NCBI GenBank assembly: GCA_963664825.1
Contig: OY761614.1
Coordinates: 2,208,001-2,272,000 of the forward strand
Direction of reading: 5' to 3'
Source of the DNA: an uncultured Holophaga sp.
Lineage (GTDB): Bacteria > Acidobacteriota > Holophagae > Holophagales > Holophagaceae
DNA length: 64,000 nt
Shown here: one piece after another, positions 39,399 to 50,408 of the stretch
Layout of the letters: every line of letters begins with the position of its first letter
How positions within the stretch are numbered: position 1 is the first letter of the stretch
Position numbers and translations under genes: made by a program
The notes under the pieces: model-generated
What the model was told of the DNA's origin: nothing
What the model saw: the letters and a program-made list of their open reading frames with translations, nothing else
The model's database searches: none

Positions 39399-40006
39399 AG
39401 CTTGCCTTCGTGGAGAAAGGCCGAGAGGACGCCCCGTAGGCCCAATCTGGCCCGGTGCAGGCGCTGGCGCACCAGCCCGCGGCTGATGCCCAACATGGTG
39501 GCGACTTCCTCGGTATCCATGCCTTCTAAATCCCTCAAGACAAAAACCGCTCGCTGTTCATCGGAAAGACTATTCAGTCCCTCTTGGACCCTCTCCCGAA
39601 CCTGGGCTTCTTCGACGTTTTCAAGGGCCGTGGCCTCCTGGCTGAGATCCTTGAGACCTTCCTTGCCCATGTGATGCCCCTCGGGCGTGAAGTGTGGAAG
39701 GAAATCTTCGATGGTGTCTTCCCGGCGGCGGAGCCTCGAGCGCCGCAGCATCAGCGCCTCGTTGAGGCAGACCCGGTAGCCCCAGGTGCTGAACTTGCTC
39801 TTCCCCTGGAATCGATGCAGTGCGGTGTAGATGCTGAGCAGGGCCTCCTGCAGGGCATCCTGGGTGTCCAGGGGGTCCTGGAGAATGCGCTGGATGCCGG
39901 CGGAAAAGAGTCCCAGATAGGGCTCCACCAGGGCCCCAAAGGCCTCGCCATCCCCGGCGATGGATTGGGCGATGAGTTCTGCTTCGGGAAGTCGGTCCGT
40001 GTCCAT
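39395..40006 (-). CDS. ECF sigma-70 factor
   Basis: DALQE, FSTWGYR, RAVFVLRDLEG..EVA, RLHRAR. Confidence 0.93.
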   Translation of the reverse strand: MDTDRLPEAELIAQSIAGDGEAFGALVEPYLGLFSAGIQRILQDPLDTQDALQEALLSIYTALHRFQGKSKFSTWGYRVCLNEALMLRRSRLRRREDTIEDFLPHFTPEGHHMGKEGLKDLSQEATALENVEEAQVRERVQEGLNSLSDEQRAVFVLRDLEGMDTEEVATMLGISRGLVRQRLHRARLGLRGVLSAFLHEGKL

Positions 40007-40017
40007 TGTTTCTAAGC

Positions 40018-41229
40018 CTACCGTGTCAATCGGGCTAGACGAATGGTGAAGGTGGTCCCGAGGCCAGCCCCGAGGCTCGAGACGCGGATCTCGCCCCCGT
40101 GGCCCCGGACGATTTCCCGGCAGAGGAAGAGTCCCAGCCCCGTCCCGGGGACCGAGCGCGTCATCTCGTCCCCCACCCGGTAGAAGCGCTGGAAGATGCG
40201 GGGGAGGTCCTTGGAGGTGATCCCATGGCCCCGGTCTGCGATGACGATGATCGCGTCGTCATTATCCCCGTCCAGGGTGAGGGTGGTCTCCCGGGGTTCG
40301 GAGGCGTATTTGAAGGCGTTGGAGAGGAGGTTCTCCAGCACCATGGCGAAGGCCCTGGCATCGATCCGGGCCAGGATGTCGGGAGCCAGGTCCATCCGGA
40401 GGCCTAGGAGTCCCTCGCCGAGACGGTGGTCCATCTCCTGGCACACCCGCTGGATGAGGGGGGCGAGTTCCATGACCTCCGGGTTGATTTCCAGCCTGCC
40501 CGCATCCGCCCGGGCCGTTTCCAGGAGATTGGTCACCAGGTCCGTCAGGCGGTGGAGATCCCCATCCATGAGTGTCTGGATGCGCGTCTTCTGCTCCGGG
40601 GCCAATTCCCGACTGAACATGGTCTCCATCCAGACCCGCAGGCTGGCGATGGGCGTCTTCAATTCGTGGGTGACCGAGGCGATGAAGTTGCGCTGGCGGA
40701 ACTTCATTTCCATTTCGGCATTCAGCTTTCGATAGATGTAGGTCATTCCGAAGAGCACGGCGGCCACGAGGATCAGGGCCTCGCCGGCAGTGCGCCAGAG
40801 GGCGAGAGTGCGCTCCCGGTCCATGGCCTGGAGGACTTCGGGACGCAGCGTGAGGTAGGCCGTCTGGTCGGCCAGGAGCACGGGGTCGTCGAGTTCCATG
40901 GGCGTGGGCAGCACCGCCACGAAGGGGTAGCGCTGCTGGATGGCCTGGGTGCGCTCTTCCATCGTGCGGGTATCGGGAAGCCTGCCCACCACCACGCCTG
41001 GGCCTTCGGTCGGATCCCTTGGGAGATCGGGGCGGAAGAGGGCCATGGAATCGAATTGCCAGGCCTCGGCCCGGGCGGCCCTCATCTGGGCAATGCGGGC
41101 ATCCTGGAGGCGCTTGGATTCCCGGACCTGCACGCCGATCCACCAGGCCATCTGGGCGAGCAGCAGGATTGCCACGCCCCAAAAAATGAGCCTCTCCGTG
41201 GCCGGAGGCTTGAGGGATCGCTTGGTCAT
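40018..41229 (-). CDS. Membrane sensor histidine kinase
   Basis: Two TM segments; HELKTP, NLLSNAFKY, DRGHG, GTGLGL. Confidence 0.93.
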   Translation of the reverse strand: MTKRSLKPPATERLIFWGVAILLLAQMAWWIGVQVRESKRLQDARIAQMRAARAEAWQFDSMALFRPDLPRDPTEGPGVVVGRLPDTRTMEERTQAIQQRYPFVAVLPTPMELDDPVLLADQTAYLTLRPEVLQAMDRERTLALWRTAGEALILVAAVLFGMTYIYRKLNAEMEMKFRQRNFIASVTHELKTPIASLRVWMETMFSRELAPEQKTRIQTLMDGDLHRLTDLVTNLLETARADAGRLEINPEVMELAPLIQRVCQEMDHRLGEGLLGLRMDLAPDILARIDARAFAMVLENLLSNAFKYASEPRETTLTLDGDNDDAIIVIADRGHGITSKDLPRIFQRFYRVGDEMTRSVPGTGLGLFLCREIVRGHGGEIRVSSLGAGLGTTFTIRLARLTR

Positions 41230-41388
41230 GGTTGGGGGAAGTCCTCATGAGAAACAGGCCAGGGCCCGAATGGATCGTTTGGTCCTGGAGATTTGGGGAG
41301 GGTATCAGAAGATCCAGTTTGATCCCTGTGGGCCGATTGGGTAAGACTCCTTGCATTGCCCACCAGGGTGGGCATCCTGGAAAAAGGA

Positions 41389-42834
41389 ATGAGTAATCTG
41401 CCCACTAATCTCTTCAAGCCGGGGTCCCCGTCCCAGGGGCCTTCCAACCCCTATAAACCCGGGGCACCCGCTGCGTCGGGCTCCTCTCGGAGCCAGGGGC
41501 AGGAGGTCCTGGTCGAGCTGGTGCAGGCTCAGCGGCTCATTTCCCAGCAGGCCCAGGAACTCACGGAACTGCGTTCCAGGCTCAGCCGCCGGACCCATCA
41601 GATGGCCGTCCTCCAGCATGTGGCCGAAATCCTGGCCGCCACCCCCAAGGTGACCCAGGTGGCTAGCGTGCTCCAGGACGTGTTCGTCCAGGAGTTCGGT
41701 GCCAAGGCCTGTGGCGTGTGGATTCTCGAAGACGAGGGCTCCACCTTCCAGCCCAAGGTGGGGCACGGCTTGCCCCGGAGCCTATGGACTCAGATCGCGC
41801 TTCCGGCGCCCAATCCCTTTCCCAATTCCCCCATCGTGCTCTTCCAGCCTCAGTGGCTGGACCAGGCGGCGATCCGGGGGCCCCTGGAGGCTCTGCGCGT
41901 CTCGCCGGAGGTCTCCCTCTACTTCGTGCCCTTCGAACACCAGCTGCTGCTCATGGGCTTCGCCATCCTGGCCCTGGAGACGGGCCGCGGCATGGATGAG
42001 GACCAGGATAGCCTCACCATTCTGCAGCGGCAGGTGGCGGTCTCCATCTACAACGCATGGCTCTTCCGGGATCTGGGTCAGCAGCGGGATACCCTGAGGC
42101 GGCAGACCTTTGAACTGGAGAAGGCCAATGCTGCCCTGCGGGAAGCCGATCGCTTCAAGAGCGAGTTCCTGGCGCTGACAAGCCATGAGCTCCGCACGCC
42201 CCTCACCGGCATCCTGGGCTTCACGCGCTTGGTCATCGACGAGCTTTACGAGGACGAGGATGAGATGAAGCGGATGCTGCAGGACAGCTACGCCTCCGGC
42301 AAGCACCTGCTCTCCCTCCTCAACGACATCCTCGATCTCGCCAAGATCGAATCCGGACGCATGGAGGTCCAGGTCGAGCCCTTCAGCCTCAATGCCCTCA
42401 TGGATGAGGTGAAACCCATCGCCCAGGCCTATCCCCACAAGGCGGAGGTGGAGCTGCAATGGCCCGAGGGGCTGGAGGAACTGCCCGAGGTGATGGTGGA
42501 CCCCGGTCGCCTGAAACAGGTCCTGCTCAATATCCTGTCCAACGCCCTCAAGTTCACCAAGGAGGGCAGCGTCCGCACGGTGGTGGAGCGGGGATTCGGC
42601 CAGGTGACGGTCCAGGTGATCGATACGGGCATCGGTATCCGGGCCGAGGACAAGACTCAGCTCTTCCAGAAGTTTGTCCAGGCCGAGGGCGGCCACGCCC
42701 GGGAATACGGTGGTACCGGCCTGGGACTGGTGATCTGCAAGCACCTGATGGAGATGATGGGGGGCACCATCACCCTGGAGAGCGAAGGCCAGGGGAAGGG
42801 TTCCCTCGTGACCCTGACCATGCTCATCGCCTAA
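41389..42834 (+). CDS. Cytoplasmic GAF-like histidine kinase
   Basis: SHELRTPL, NILSNALKF, DTGIG, GGTGLGL. Confidence 0.92.
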   Translation: MSNLPTNLFKPGSPSQGPSNPYKPGAPAASGSSRSQGQEVLVELVQAQRLISQQAQELTELRSRLSRRTHQMAVLQHVAEILAATPKVTQVASVLQDVFVQEFGAKACGVWILEDEGSTFQPKVGHGLPRSLWTQIALPAPNPFPNSPIVLFQPQWLDQAAIRGPLEALRVSPEVSLYFVPFEHQLLLMGFAILALETGRGMDEDQDSLTILQRQVAVSIYNAWLFRDLGQQRDTLRRQTFELEKANAALREADRFKSEFLALTSHELRTPLTGILGFTRLVIDELYEDEDEMKRMLQDSYASGKHLLSLLNDILDLAKIESGRMEVQVEPFSLNALMDEVKPIAQAYPHKAEVELQWPEGLEELPEVMVDPGRLKQVLLNILSNALKFTKEGSVRTVVERGFGQVTVQVIDTGIGIRAEDKTQLFQKFVQAEGGHAREYGGTGLGLVICKHLMEMMGGTITLESEGQGKGSLVTLTMLIA

Positions 42835-42839
42835 AATTT

Positions 42840-44169
42840 GGTTCTTCACGTTTTTCCGGGGAAGGCCGCACGGATCTTAAGGAAGAAGTAGCCCTCATCC
42901 CGGTAGCCGTAGGCGATGCGCTTGAGGACTTTGATCTTGTTGTTGATCCCTTCCTGGACGCTGGTATTGAGCGGCCAGCGGCAATGGGAGAGGATTCCGT
43001 CGATCCGCTGGGCGAGATTCTTGGCGAACTTCACGAGGGGCTGGAGTCCACTTGAGGTGGCGAGTTCCATCCAGTTCTCCCAGGCCTTCAGAGCCCAGCC
43101 CTCCCGCGTGTAGCGCCACAGTGCCTTCAGGGCGTCTTTCAGCACGTAGGCGGTCATCAGAGGCTGGTTCGCGTCCAATAACTCGTTGAGGCGGACTTTG
43201 GCATCCCGATTCGGCAGGTTCTCCCAATTGCCCAGCAGGAGCCACTTCGCGCCCTTGACGAGCTCCCGCGAGGCCTTGTCGTGCCGGTATCGATTGGCCT
43301 CATCCACCCGGATCCGGTCGATGACGTCATGGCCGTACTTTGCCACGACATGAAACTGGTCGTAGACGATCTCGGCGTTGGGACAGCGCGCCCGGACTTC
43401 GCCTTCGAAGGCCGCCGACATGTCTATGCCCACGGCCTGGATCCGTTTGCAGCCCTTCTTCCCGATCAGATCGAAGAACGGGCGGATGTCCTCGCGGCCA
43501 CGCCCTTTCCCGACCCAGAGCACGCGACGCGTTTCCGCATCCGTGATGACCGTGGCATAGCTCTGTCCCTTGTGGATGGCGAATTCGTCCATCAGAAGAA
43601 GCCTCGCCTTGCTCAGCTTCACGGGCCCAAGTTCTCGGTCCAGGTAAGCCTTGTCGATCGCCTTCACCGTGCCCCAGTGCAGGTCATAGTGCTCCGCGAC
43701 CTGTTTGATGGGCATGACCTTGCAAAGCCGCGCCACGCTCGCGGCAAGCCGGTTCGTGATCCGGGCATGGGGCTCCAACCAGTCCAGGGCTTCCAGCTTC
43801 GGGCCGCACCGGGGGCAGGCTACTCGAGCCCGCCACACCACTAGGACTGTGTCGGCGTCGAACAGCGGAAGGTCGCGGATCTCCCGCTCTGACCAGTCGT
43901 GGACGCTCCGCACGAAATGCCCACAACCGCTGCACTTCCGGGGATGATCGCCGAACCCAAGCAACTCGATCCACACCTCGGCCCGCGGCCCCTTCACCCC
44001 GGCTTCGAAGCGCTCCACGATTCCGACGCGTTGCCCTTTCCACCCGCCCAAGCGGGACATAAGCTCTTTGGTAGGCAGTGGCGGCCTCCTTCATCTCGAG
44101 TTCTCGACAAACCCAAGATGCCTGAAATCCGCCACTGCCGACCTACTTCACGCAAATCCGCGAAGAACC
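42840..44169 (-). mobile_element. ISL3 family insertion sequence (1330 bp)
   Basis: Terminal IRs GGTTCTTC...; 8-bp TSD TAAAATTT at 42832 and 44170. Confidence 0.93.
42846..44060 (-). CDS. ISL3 transposase
   Basis: CxxC..CxxC zinc finger, MDEFA, DMS, DQFHVV, EGINNKIK...AYGYR. Confidence 0.95.
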   Translation of the reverse strand: MSRLGGWKGQRVGIVERFEAGVKGPRAEVWIELLGFGDHPRKCSGCGHFVRSVHDWSEREIRDLPLFDADTVLVVWRARVACPRCGPKLEALDWLEPHARITNRLAASVARLCKVMPIKQVAEHYDLHWGTVKAIDKAYLDRELGPVKLSKARLLLMDEFAIHKGQSYATVITDAETRRVLWVGKGRGREDIRPFFDLIGKKGCKRIQAVGIDMSAAFEGEVRARCPNAEIVYDQFHVVAKYGHDVIDRIRVDEANRYRHDKASRELVKGAKWLLLGNWENLPNRDAKVRLNELLDANQPLMTAYVLKDALKALWRYTREGWALKAWENWMELATSSGLQPLVKFAKNLAQRIDGILSHCRWPLNTSVQEGINNKIKVLKRIAYGYRDEGYFFLKIRAAFPGKT

Positions 44170-44243
44170 TAAAATTTACGGGGTGCGCACGTGAGCATCT
44201 CTCTGATTTCACGGTTCCGTTGCGACCATTACCCAAATTCCAA

Positions 44244-45644
44244 CTATCTGGATGGCGCGGCACTTCGCCTCCTTCGATGACTCCAGCCCAGGAACCCCAT
44301 TCCGCCGAGAGCCAGTACACCCAGCAAAAGTCCAAGGAGTCCCCTTCCAGCGATCCCCTTCAACACCACCCGGAACGCAAGCTCTGGACTTTCCAGGCTC
44401 TTCAACCGATTATCGGCCGTAGCCACCACTTTGATGGTGAATTCACCCGGCACAGCTTCGAGACCCGTGGCAAGTTCCAAAGTGATTTCTTTCCGCTCTC
44501 GAATACCCAACAATGGGAGGGTAGGCGGCACCAGTCGGCCCTGGACGCCTAACGGATAGTTCACCTGGAGGCTCACGTTACGCGCTTCCGCTCCACCCAG
44601 GTTCTCTATCCAAAAACGGACAGTTCTCCCTTCTCCCAGAACCATTTGGAGTAGCAAGTTGTCACTGCCCAAAACGAGTTTTGGCGCACCGGTTGGTCGG
44701 AGTTGGAGTTCCAGGGTGTCTTCCCGTTCTTTGACCGGTCCATGTTCGCTTTCGGGAGAGGTCTTCATACGAAACGGCAGGGCCTGGTTTAGCCAGATGT
44801 CTTTCCCCTCCGCCGGTATGTAAACGCGAAGGATCAATTTCTGTGTGTTTTGACCCTCCAGGAACCGTAGCTTCGTGATCCGGACTTTTCCCTCACCCTC
44901 CCACCATTCGGTGGCGAACCCCTCAGGAAGCCCCTCCACTCCAAGGGCCAAGGAAACCGTCGCAGGATCGAAACGCTCGATCTGGATACTGAAATCAGCC
45001 TTATCTCCCACCAAACCTTCCAAGGAATAGCTCGGTGAGCTCAATCGTAGATGGCTGCGGTGATCCCGCTGGAGTAGGACGGGAATCTCCTCCCGGCGGG
45101 CGCCGGAGGCGATCAGGATGGTGAGTTCGTCCGCATCTTTGAGGAGGCGAAAATCCAAGCGGGATCGCCCCGTGCTCTTTCCCTCCACCGTCACTTTCCT
45201 TTGGTAGGGCTCGCTGATGATTGCGGTGGCCGACTTCAAACTCACGAGGTAGCTCCTGGCTCCAAGTCCCGCATTCGTTTCCCGCAGTTCCTCGACCTCG
45301 AGGCTGACCAGAATTTCGCCATGAGGGCCGGTGGATTTGGTGGCCGAGAGCAGACGAAAGGAAGGAAGTTCGTTGGACAGGCCCAGCACAGCTCGCTGAG
45401 TTTCAAGTAGCGCGCGTTGCAAGTCTGTTTCTGCATTTTCGAGGTCGTTCCGTGGCACCAGCCCTTGGTCTACCAGCGCGCGAACCTGGGTAGCCTTCTT
45501 TCTGGCCTGTCCTTCGGCGAGCTCGGCCCGTTTGAGGTCCAGGCGGCGCTCCCCTTCAGAAGCCCCCTGGCCTGAGAGTGCTGCTGTGGCCATCGCAAGG
45601 ACAATCCAAGCGAAAGTCCTAAGCCTTAGAATCGTAGACCTCAT
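44244..45644 (-). CDS. Exported NEW3/COG1470-like protein with C-terminal membrane anchor
   Basis: Signal peptide, coiled coil, IENLGGAEARNV Ig-like segment, TM followed by RRRR. Confidence 0.65.
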   Translation of the reverse strand: MRSTILRLRTFAWIVLAMATAALSGQGASEGERRLDLKRAELAEGQARKKATQVRALVDQGLVPRNDLENAETDLQRALLETQRAVLGLSNELPSFRLLSATKSTGPHGEILVSLEVEELRETNAGLGARSYLVSLKSATAIISEPYQRKVTVEGKSTGRSRLDFRLLKDADELTILIASGARREEIPVLLQRDHRSHLRLSSPSYSLEGLVGDKADFSIQIERFDPATVSLALGVEGLPEGFATEWWEGEGKVRITKLRFLEGQNTQKLILRVYIPAEGKDIWLNQALPFRMKTSPESEHGPVKEREDTLELQLRPTGAPKLVLGSDNLLLQMVLGEGRTVRFWIENLGGAEARNVSLQVNYPLGVQGRLVPPTLPLLGIRERKEITLELATGLEAVPGEFTIKVVATADNRLKSLESPELAFRVVLKGIAGRGLLGLLLGVLALGGMGFLGWSHRRRRSAAPSR

Positions 45645-45693
45645 CCAAATCCCTTTCATTAAACCCTGCCGCCGCGCATTCATGGATTAGCCG

Positions 45694-47163
45694 CAATACG
45701 GTTCACTTAAGGTTTTGAATGGAGATGGCGGAGGTGCAGTGGGCGTTGCATTTGATGGTTCTGTCGCGGACGTTCCAATTGCTCATTTTACGCTTGACCC
45801 CTCGGGGATTGGTGCGATTTCGACTGGAACTAGCCGGTTCCTTCACGAGCTCTTGCAGGATGGCGTTGTGGGCGATCAGGCGTTGGGCTGGGGGGAGAGA
45901 GCCGCGAAGTGCGGCAGGGTGCGGCGGATGACCCTCACGGCATGGATGAACGATAGTCGATCCGGGTCGATCTCGGCCTGGAGTGCGGCTTCATGCATGA
46001 GGCCCCGAATGGCGAAATGGGCCATCATCAGGCCGTAGAACTCCTGGCGGATGAGACCGGGGGTCTTGCTGCGCAGCAGCATCTGGCGGCCTCGGAGGTG
46101 GGTCTTCAGCTCGTCGAAGGCGGACTCGATCTCCCAGCGTTCGGGATAGAGCGCGGCCAACTCGACGGCCGGGGCGATCTTGGGATCCAGGAGGGTGGTG
46201 ATGAGACGGTAGGTGGTTTCGCCCTCGGAATCGGGGGGCATTGGAATGCCCTGGAGTGTGTAGGCGATGACTCGCACCCGAACGCCTTTTGAGGGGTGTC
46301 GATATTCACGGGTGGGATACAGGGTGGAGAGGTAGGAGCCGTCTTCGAGTTCCTCTTCCCTGGGCAGGCCGAGCTTTGCATTGACCCTCCAGAGGAGGTC
46401 GGCACCGGTGGCCTTGGCTTTGTTCCAAAACTCGAAGCCGTAGAAACCGCGATCGGCGAGACAGAGCATTCCTGGGGTCAGGGCCGGGAGGAGTTGGTGG
46501 GCGATGGCTTTCTCGCTGGTGTTGAAGCCCTCCATGCGGGAAGCAAAGAGGACATGGGTACCGCTCTCGACCAGGGAGACGAAGCGCACCTGCGGATAGG
46601 CGCTGGTTCCTCGGGCAACGCCGGGGCGGCCGAACTCCGTTTCGATGGCGGGGGCCTCGGGAACATCCAGGGTGCTGCCGTCGATGCTGACAATGCGCCA
46701 CTGGCGGTACCAGGCCCCGGGGGTGTCCGGGGTGGCGATGGGCTGGACAACCTTGTCGTGAAGGCGCTGGAGAGGTTCCCAGCCGAGACGGGACCTGGCC
46801 TGAGAGATGGCGGACTTCCCGGCGATATGCAGGTCCTCGGGGGTACCCTGCAGCCACCGGAGGCCCTCCATGAGGCAGCGCAGGACCTCTCGGCAGGAGG
46901 CCTGGGTGAAGAGGGCCAGAGCGATGACGTAGTAGATCACCACATGCGCCGGCAGATCTCGGTGGCGTTGACTCGCCCGCCCAGTCTCCTTGAGCACCGC
47001 TTCCACCTGGTGCGTGGGGAAGAGCCGGGCCACCACCCCCAGGGTGATGAAGTCCGAGATTCGCGTTCCACCCTCGAGCGTAGCTGGTGTCCTGGCCATT
47101 GTGAGCCCTACACCGAATCTAGGCAGTCGCACAGGCCTGTCAAGGCTTAAATGAACGGTATTA
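45694..47163 (-). mobile_element. IS4 family insertion sequence (1470 bp)
   Basis: IRs CAATACGGTTCACTTAAG / TAATACCGTTCATTTAAG; 10-bp TSD GGATTAGCCG at 45684 and 47164. Confidence 0.93.
45876..47099 (-). CDS. IS4 transposase
   Basis: IDGST, ADRGF, YPERWEIE..FDELK (YREK motif). Confidence 0.95.
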   Translation of the reverse strand: MARTPATLEGGTRISDFITLGVVARLFPTHQVEAVLKETGRASQRHRDLPAHVVIYYVIALALFTQASCREVLRCLMEGLRWLQGTPEDLHIAGKSAISQARSRLGWEPLQRLHDKVVQPIATPDTPGAWYRQWRIVSIDGSTLDVPEAPAIETEFGRPGVARGTSAYPQVRFVSLVESGTHVLFASRMEGFNTSEKAIAHQLLPALTPGMLCLADRGFYGFEFWNKAKATGADLLWRVNAKLGLPREEELEDGSYLSTLYPTREYRHPSKGVRVRVIAYTLQGIPMPPDSEGETTYRLITTLLDPKIAPAVELAALYPERWEIESAFDELKTHLRGRQMLLRSKTPGLIRQEFYGLMMAHFAIRGLMHEAALQAEIDPDRLSFIHAVRVIRRTLPHFAALSPQPNA

Positions 47164-47808
47164 GGATTAGCCGACCATCCTTCAGAATGCCCACCCGATT
47201 GGCCCCCCTTTGAATCGTGTTCAGGTTGTGGGTGGTGAAGAGCACGGTTTTACCCTCCCCTGCGATCTTGCGAAGGAGTTGGGTGACCTCTCCGGTGGTC
47301 TTAGGATCCAGCCCTGAGGTGGGCTCATCCAGCAGGAAGACCTTGGCCCCCTTCTGCAGGCCGATGGCCAGGGAGACTTTCTGGCGCATTCCTTTGCTGT
47401 AAATCCCCACCGGCTGGTCGGCCGCGCTCTCGGGAAACGCTAGGCTCGACAGCAAATCAAGGCAAGCGAGACGATCATGCTGCCGTCCCAATAGCCCCTC
47501 AAAGAAGGACAGGTTCTCCAGGGCCGAAAGATGGCCGTAGAGACGCGTCACTTCAGGCACGTAAGCCAGGGTCTGCTTGGCCCAGAGGGGATCTTGAATC
47601 AAGGAATGTCCCCCGATCCGGATGTCCCCGCTATCAGGTGGCAGGAATCCTAGGCAGAGGTTCAACAGGGTAGTCTTGCCCGCACCGTTGGCCCCGATTA
47701 GGGCGTACGACTCGCCCGGAAAAACTTCCAGGCTGACCCCTTTCAAACCCCTGCCATCCGGAGGAAACGTCTTGGCCAAAGCAGTGCAGATCAATCCTTC
47801 GTGACCGT

Positions 47809-47912
47809 TCATGGCCGCACATCCATTCGGCGAAGGCCCCACAGTCCGGCCATCATGAAGGCCACGCCAAAAAGGATCAGCGCGAGGATGGGCCAAGCAA
47901 TGGAGGCCAGGA
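47809..47912 (-). pseudogene. 3' remnant of an ABC permease gene
   Basis: LASIAWPILALILFGVAFMMAGLWGLRRMDVRP*; ATGA overlap with the ATPase; cut at IS66 end. Confidence 0.65.
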
Positions 47913-49541
47913 GTATCGATTCACCCCCCTTGTCCCTGTGACCACGTAAGCCGGTGGCAGGCAGCCATGATGGGCTGGTGATGTCCCGCTTGCCCTGGCA
48001 GCCTCAGGCTGGTTCCAGTGCCGGTAGGGGCTGGTTGGATCGGGCGGAGTGGAGGGCCCTGAGCAGCCAGTCGAAGTAGGGGACGCCGCGGATGCGGGCG
48101 GTGGTGCCCAGGCTCAGGAGGCGTTCGAAGAATCGCTTTCCGTCCGCGCTGGGCAGTCGCTGGAAGATCCGCTTGAGGATCACGAGGGGGCGCAGGGCCC
48201 GCTCGGCCGCATTGTTCGTCGGCTCCACGCCCTCGACCTTCAGGAACACCCAGAGCTTGTCCCATTTCCGGAGGAGGTCCTTCCCGAGGTTTCGGGCGGC
48301 CTTGTGATCCATCGCGCTGGCCTGGATCAGACCGCGTTTGAGCCGCGCCAGATTGATGGCGGTGCAGGCCCGGAGCTCTTTCCGGCTGATGTCGCCCGCC
48401 CGGAAGGTGTGCCACAGCGCAAAGATCTCCTCCTGCTCGGCGAGCAGTCGCTTTCCCAGTGCGGCCACCTCGGGCTTCTGGGATTCGCTCAGGGCGACGA
48501 ACTCGCGGCGCAAATGGGCCCAGCAGAACTGGCGAACGGCAGATTTTAAGGCGTTGTAGGCGCCGTAGCGGTCCGTGCCAATCACGCCTTGGAAGTCCTC
48601 GGGAAGTATCGCCTTTAGGGCCCTCGCCCCACGGGTGTCACTGAAGTGGAAGAGGGCCGTACGGGCGGAAAGGGCCACCCAGATCCAGTCCCGGTCCTTC
48701 CGGCCGAAGCCGGTCTCGTCGAGGTTGAGCACATCCGCCGTACGGATCTGCTGGGAGAGGTCCTCCCAGGCGGGGAGTAGGTGGCTCCCCAGCGCCACAC
48801 CGCTCTCGTGCAGCCAACCGCGTGAGACCGCTACGCCCGTCACCTCCGAGAGGAAACGCTGGAGCGGCGTCAGGCTCATGCGGCCCTCTGTGCGCAGATA
48901 GGCCGCCGCAGCCTGAAGGCGCGGGCCGATCCCGCCCGGCGCAGCCTCTGGGGGAAGCGGCGCCTGCACCTTCCTCTGGCAGTGCGGGCAGATCCCCTCC
49001 TCCAGCGCGTAGGCGATGACTTCTGTGAGGCGCTGAGCCAGATCCACCACCCGGTGCAGGCGCGTCCCGGTGATGGCCCCTGAAGGAACCTCGCCTCGGC
49101 AGTGGGGGCAACAGGCGAGGGGCACCGAAACCGTACGGTCCTCGCTGCCTTCCGGCAGCATCACCCGAGCGGATCCCTTCCGTCCCGGTTGGCCGCCGCG
49201 CTTGCGCCCCGTGGGCGGCGCCGGTGGCTTGGGTGGCGCCGCGGGTCCGTCCGAACTGGGGGGCTTGCTGCTGTTGCGACTGTCCTTCCCGAGGCGATCC
49301 TGGAGCGACTCCAGCAATTTTTCCAGGCGTTCCATCGCCTCCCGCAGGCAGACCATTTCCGCACGCAGTTCCCCGTTCTCGGCAGCCAGGGCCAGATAAC
49401 GCGGATCAGTCAGAACAGGATCAAGCTCCATCCTTCAGAATCTGACTGGTTTGAGACCAAAGTACAAGCGAATTATTCACTTGCGGTGATTTTATCCTCA
49501 ATCACGAGTTGAGCCTGCATGGGGGGGGGGTGAATCGATAC
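47913..49541 (-). mobile_element. IS66 family element, single-ORF (ISBst12-like) type
   Basis: 17-bp perfect IR GTATCGATTCACCCCCC; no target duplication. Confidence 0.88.
48004..49431 (-). CDS. IS66 transposase (TnpC)
   Basis: NSSKPPSSD, CPHC x2, DETG, TDRY, CWAHL, PTNNAAERALR. Confidence 0.95.
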   Translation of the reverse strand: MELDPVLTDPRYLALAAENGELRAEMVCLREAMERLEKLLESLQDRLGKDSRNSSKPPSSDGPAAPPKPPAPPTGRKRGGQPGRKGSARVMLPEGSEDRTVSVPLACCPHCRGEVPSGAITGTRLHRVVDLAQRLTEVIAYALEEGICPHCQRKVQAPLPPEAAPGGIGPRLQAAAAYLRTEGRMSLTPLQRFLSEVTGVAVSRGWLHESGVALGSHLLPAWEDLSQQIRTADVLNLDETGFGRKDRDWIWVALSARTALFHFSDTRGARALKAILPEDFQGVIGTDRYGAYNALKSAVRQFCWAHLRREFVALSESQKPEVAALGKRLLAEQEEIFALWHTFRAGDISRKELRACTAINLARLKRGLIQASAMDHKAARNLGKDLLRKWDKLWVFLKVEGVEPTNNAAERALRPLVILKRIFQRLPSADGKRFFERLLSLGTTARIRGVPYFDWLLRALHSARSNQPLPALEPA

Positions 49542-50211
49542 GGCGAAACGTCCATTGCACCAGCAGAGGAGCAACCTCTACCCCCCCCGATAAATTTACT
49601 TTGATCCTCGCGGCAGCATTCCCGTCTTCCTGCAGGGGCATGGATCGTGGGTCCAGGGTTGCCTCGAGAACCGTCCCCCCGCCCGACGGCAATACCGCGA
49701 TGGTCAGAAAAGGTTGAAGCTCAGCATCCACTTCTGCCTGGATGCTTGCATTCGGGATCACTCCCTCGTTGAAGAGGACCCTTGCTCGCTGGACATTGGG
49801 TTGGTCGCGGGATAGAACTTTGAAATCCAAGAGGGGGGGCGTGATTCGGAAGGGCGCTTTGGCTTGCCCGGTGAGGGTCAGCAGGAGAACTTCCTTTTGG
49901 GGACCTCCGACATTAATCTGAACGGACGCATGGAGCTCACCATCCCGGCCTCCGGGATTCAGGCTTGCTTCCAAGGAAGTTTGTTCACCTGAGGCTAGGT
50001 CTGCCTTGTCAAGCACAACTGCCGTGCAGCCACAGGAGGTCTCCACAGGTCCGAGCCGAATGTTCTGGTTGCTCTCATTTGTCAAAGCGAAGCGGTGGAT
50101 CAATGTTTTCCAAGGTGATACCACGCCAAAATCATGTTTTGCAGAGTCAACCCCAAGCCTGGGGCTTGTAGCAAGGCAAATTAGACCCACTGCGATGGCT
50201 TGAATGAGCAT
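49542..50211 (-). pseudogene. DUF1573-domain protein, 3' end cut by IS66
   Basis: HDFGVV, TSCGCT motifs; reading frame runs into the IS66 IR. Confidence 0.7.
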
Positions 50212-50408
50212 CCCTGATCTATACACTGTTATTAGGGCCAGGGGTAAATTTGTTTTGAAAAGTTCATTGCACTGAACAGTGCCCATTCTCAGGATGCGTT
50301 GCTATATAAGAAGTCTGGGCCGGGCATTCCGATCCGTAGCCGATAGAATCGAAGCCACATGCAAAGTCATATCAAGAGCTTAGAATGGAGATTATGTCTG
50401 GAGTCCCC

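Larger units (their letters stand above)
45619..47812 (-). pseudogene. ABC transporter ATPase interrupted near its 3' end by IS4
   Basis: GANGAGKTT, YSKGMRQK, LDEPTSGLD; removing the IS restores ..DGRLIHECAAAGFNERDLDEVYDSKA*. Confidence 0.85.
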
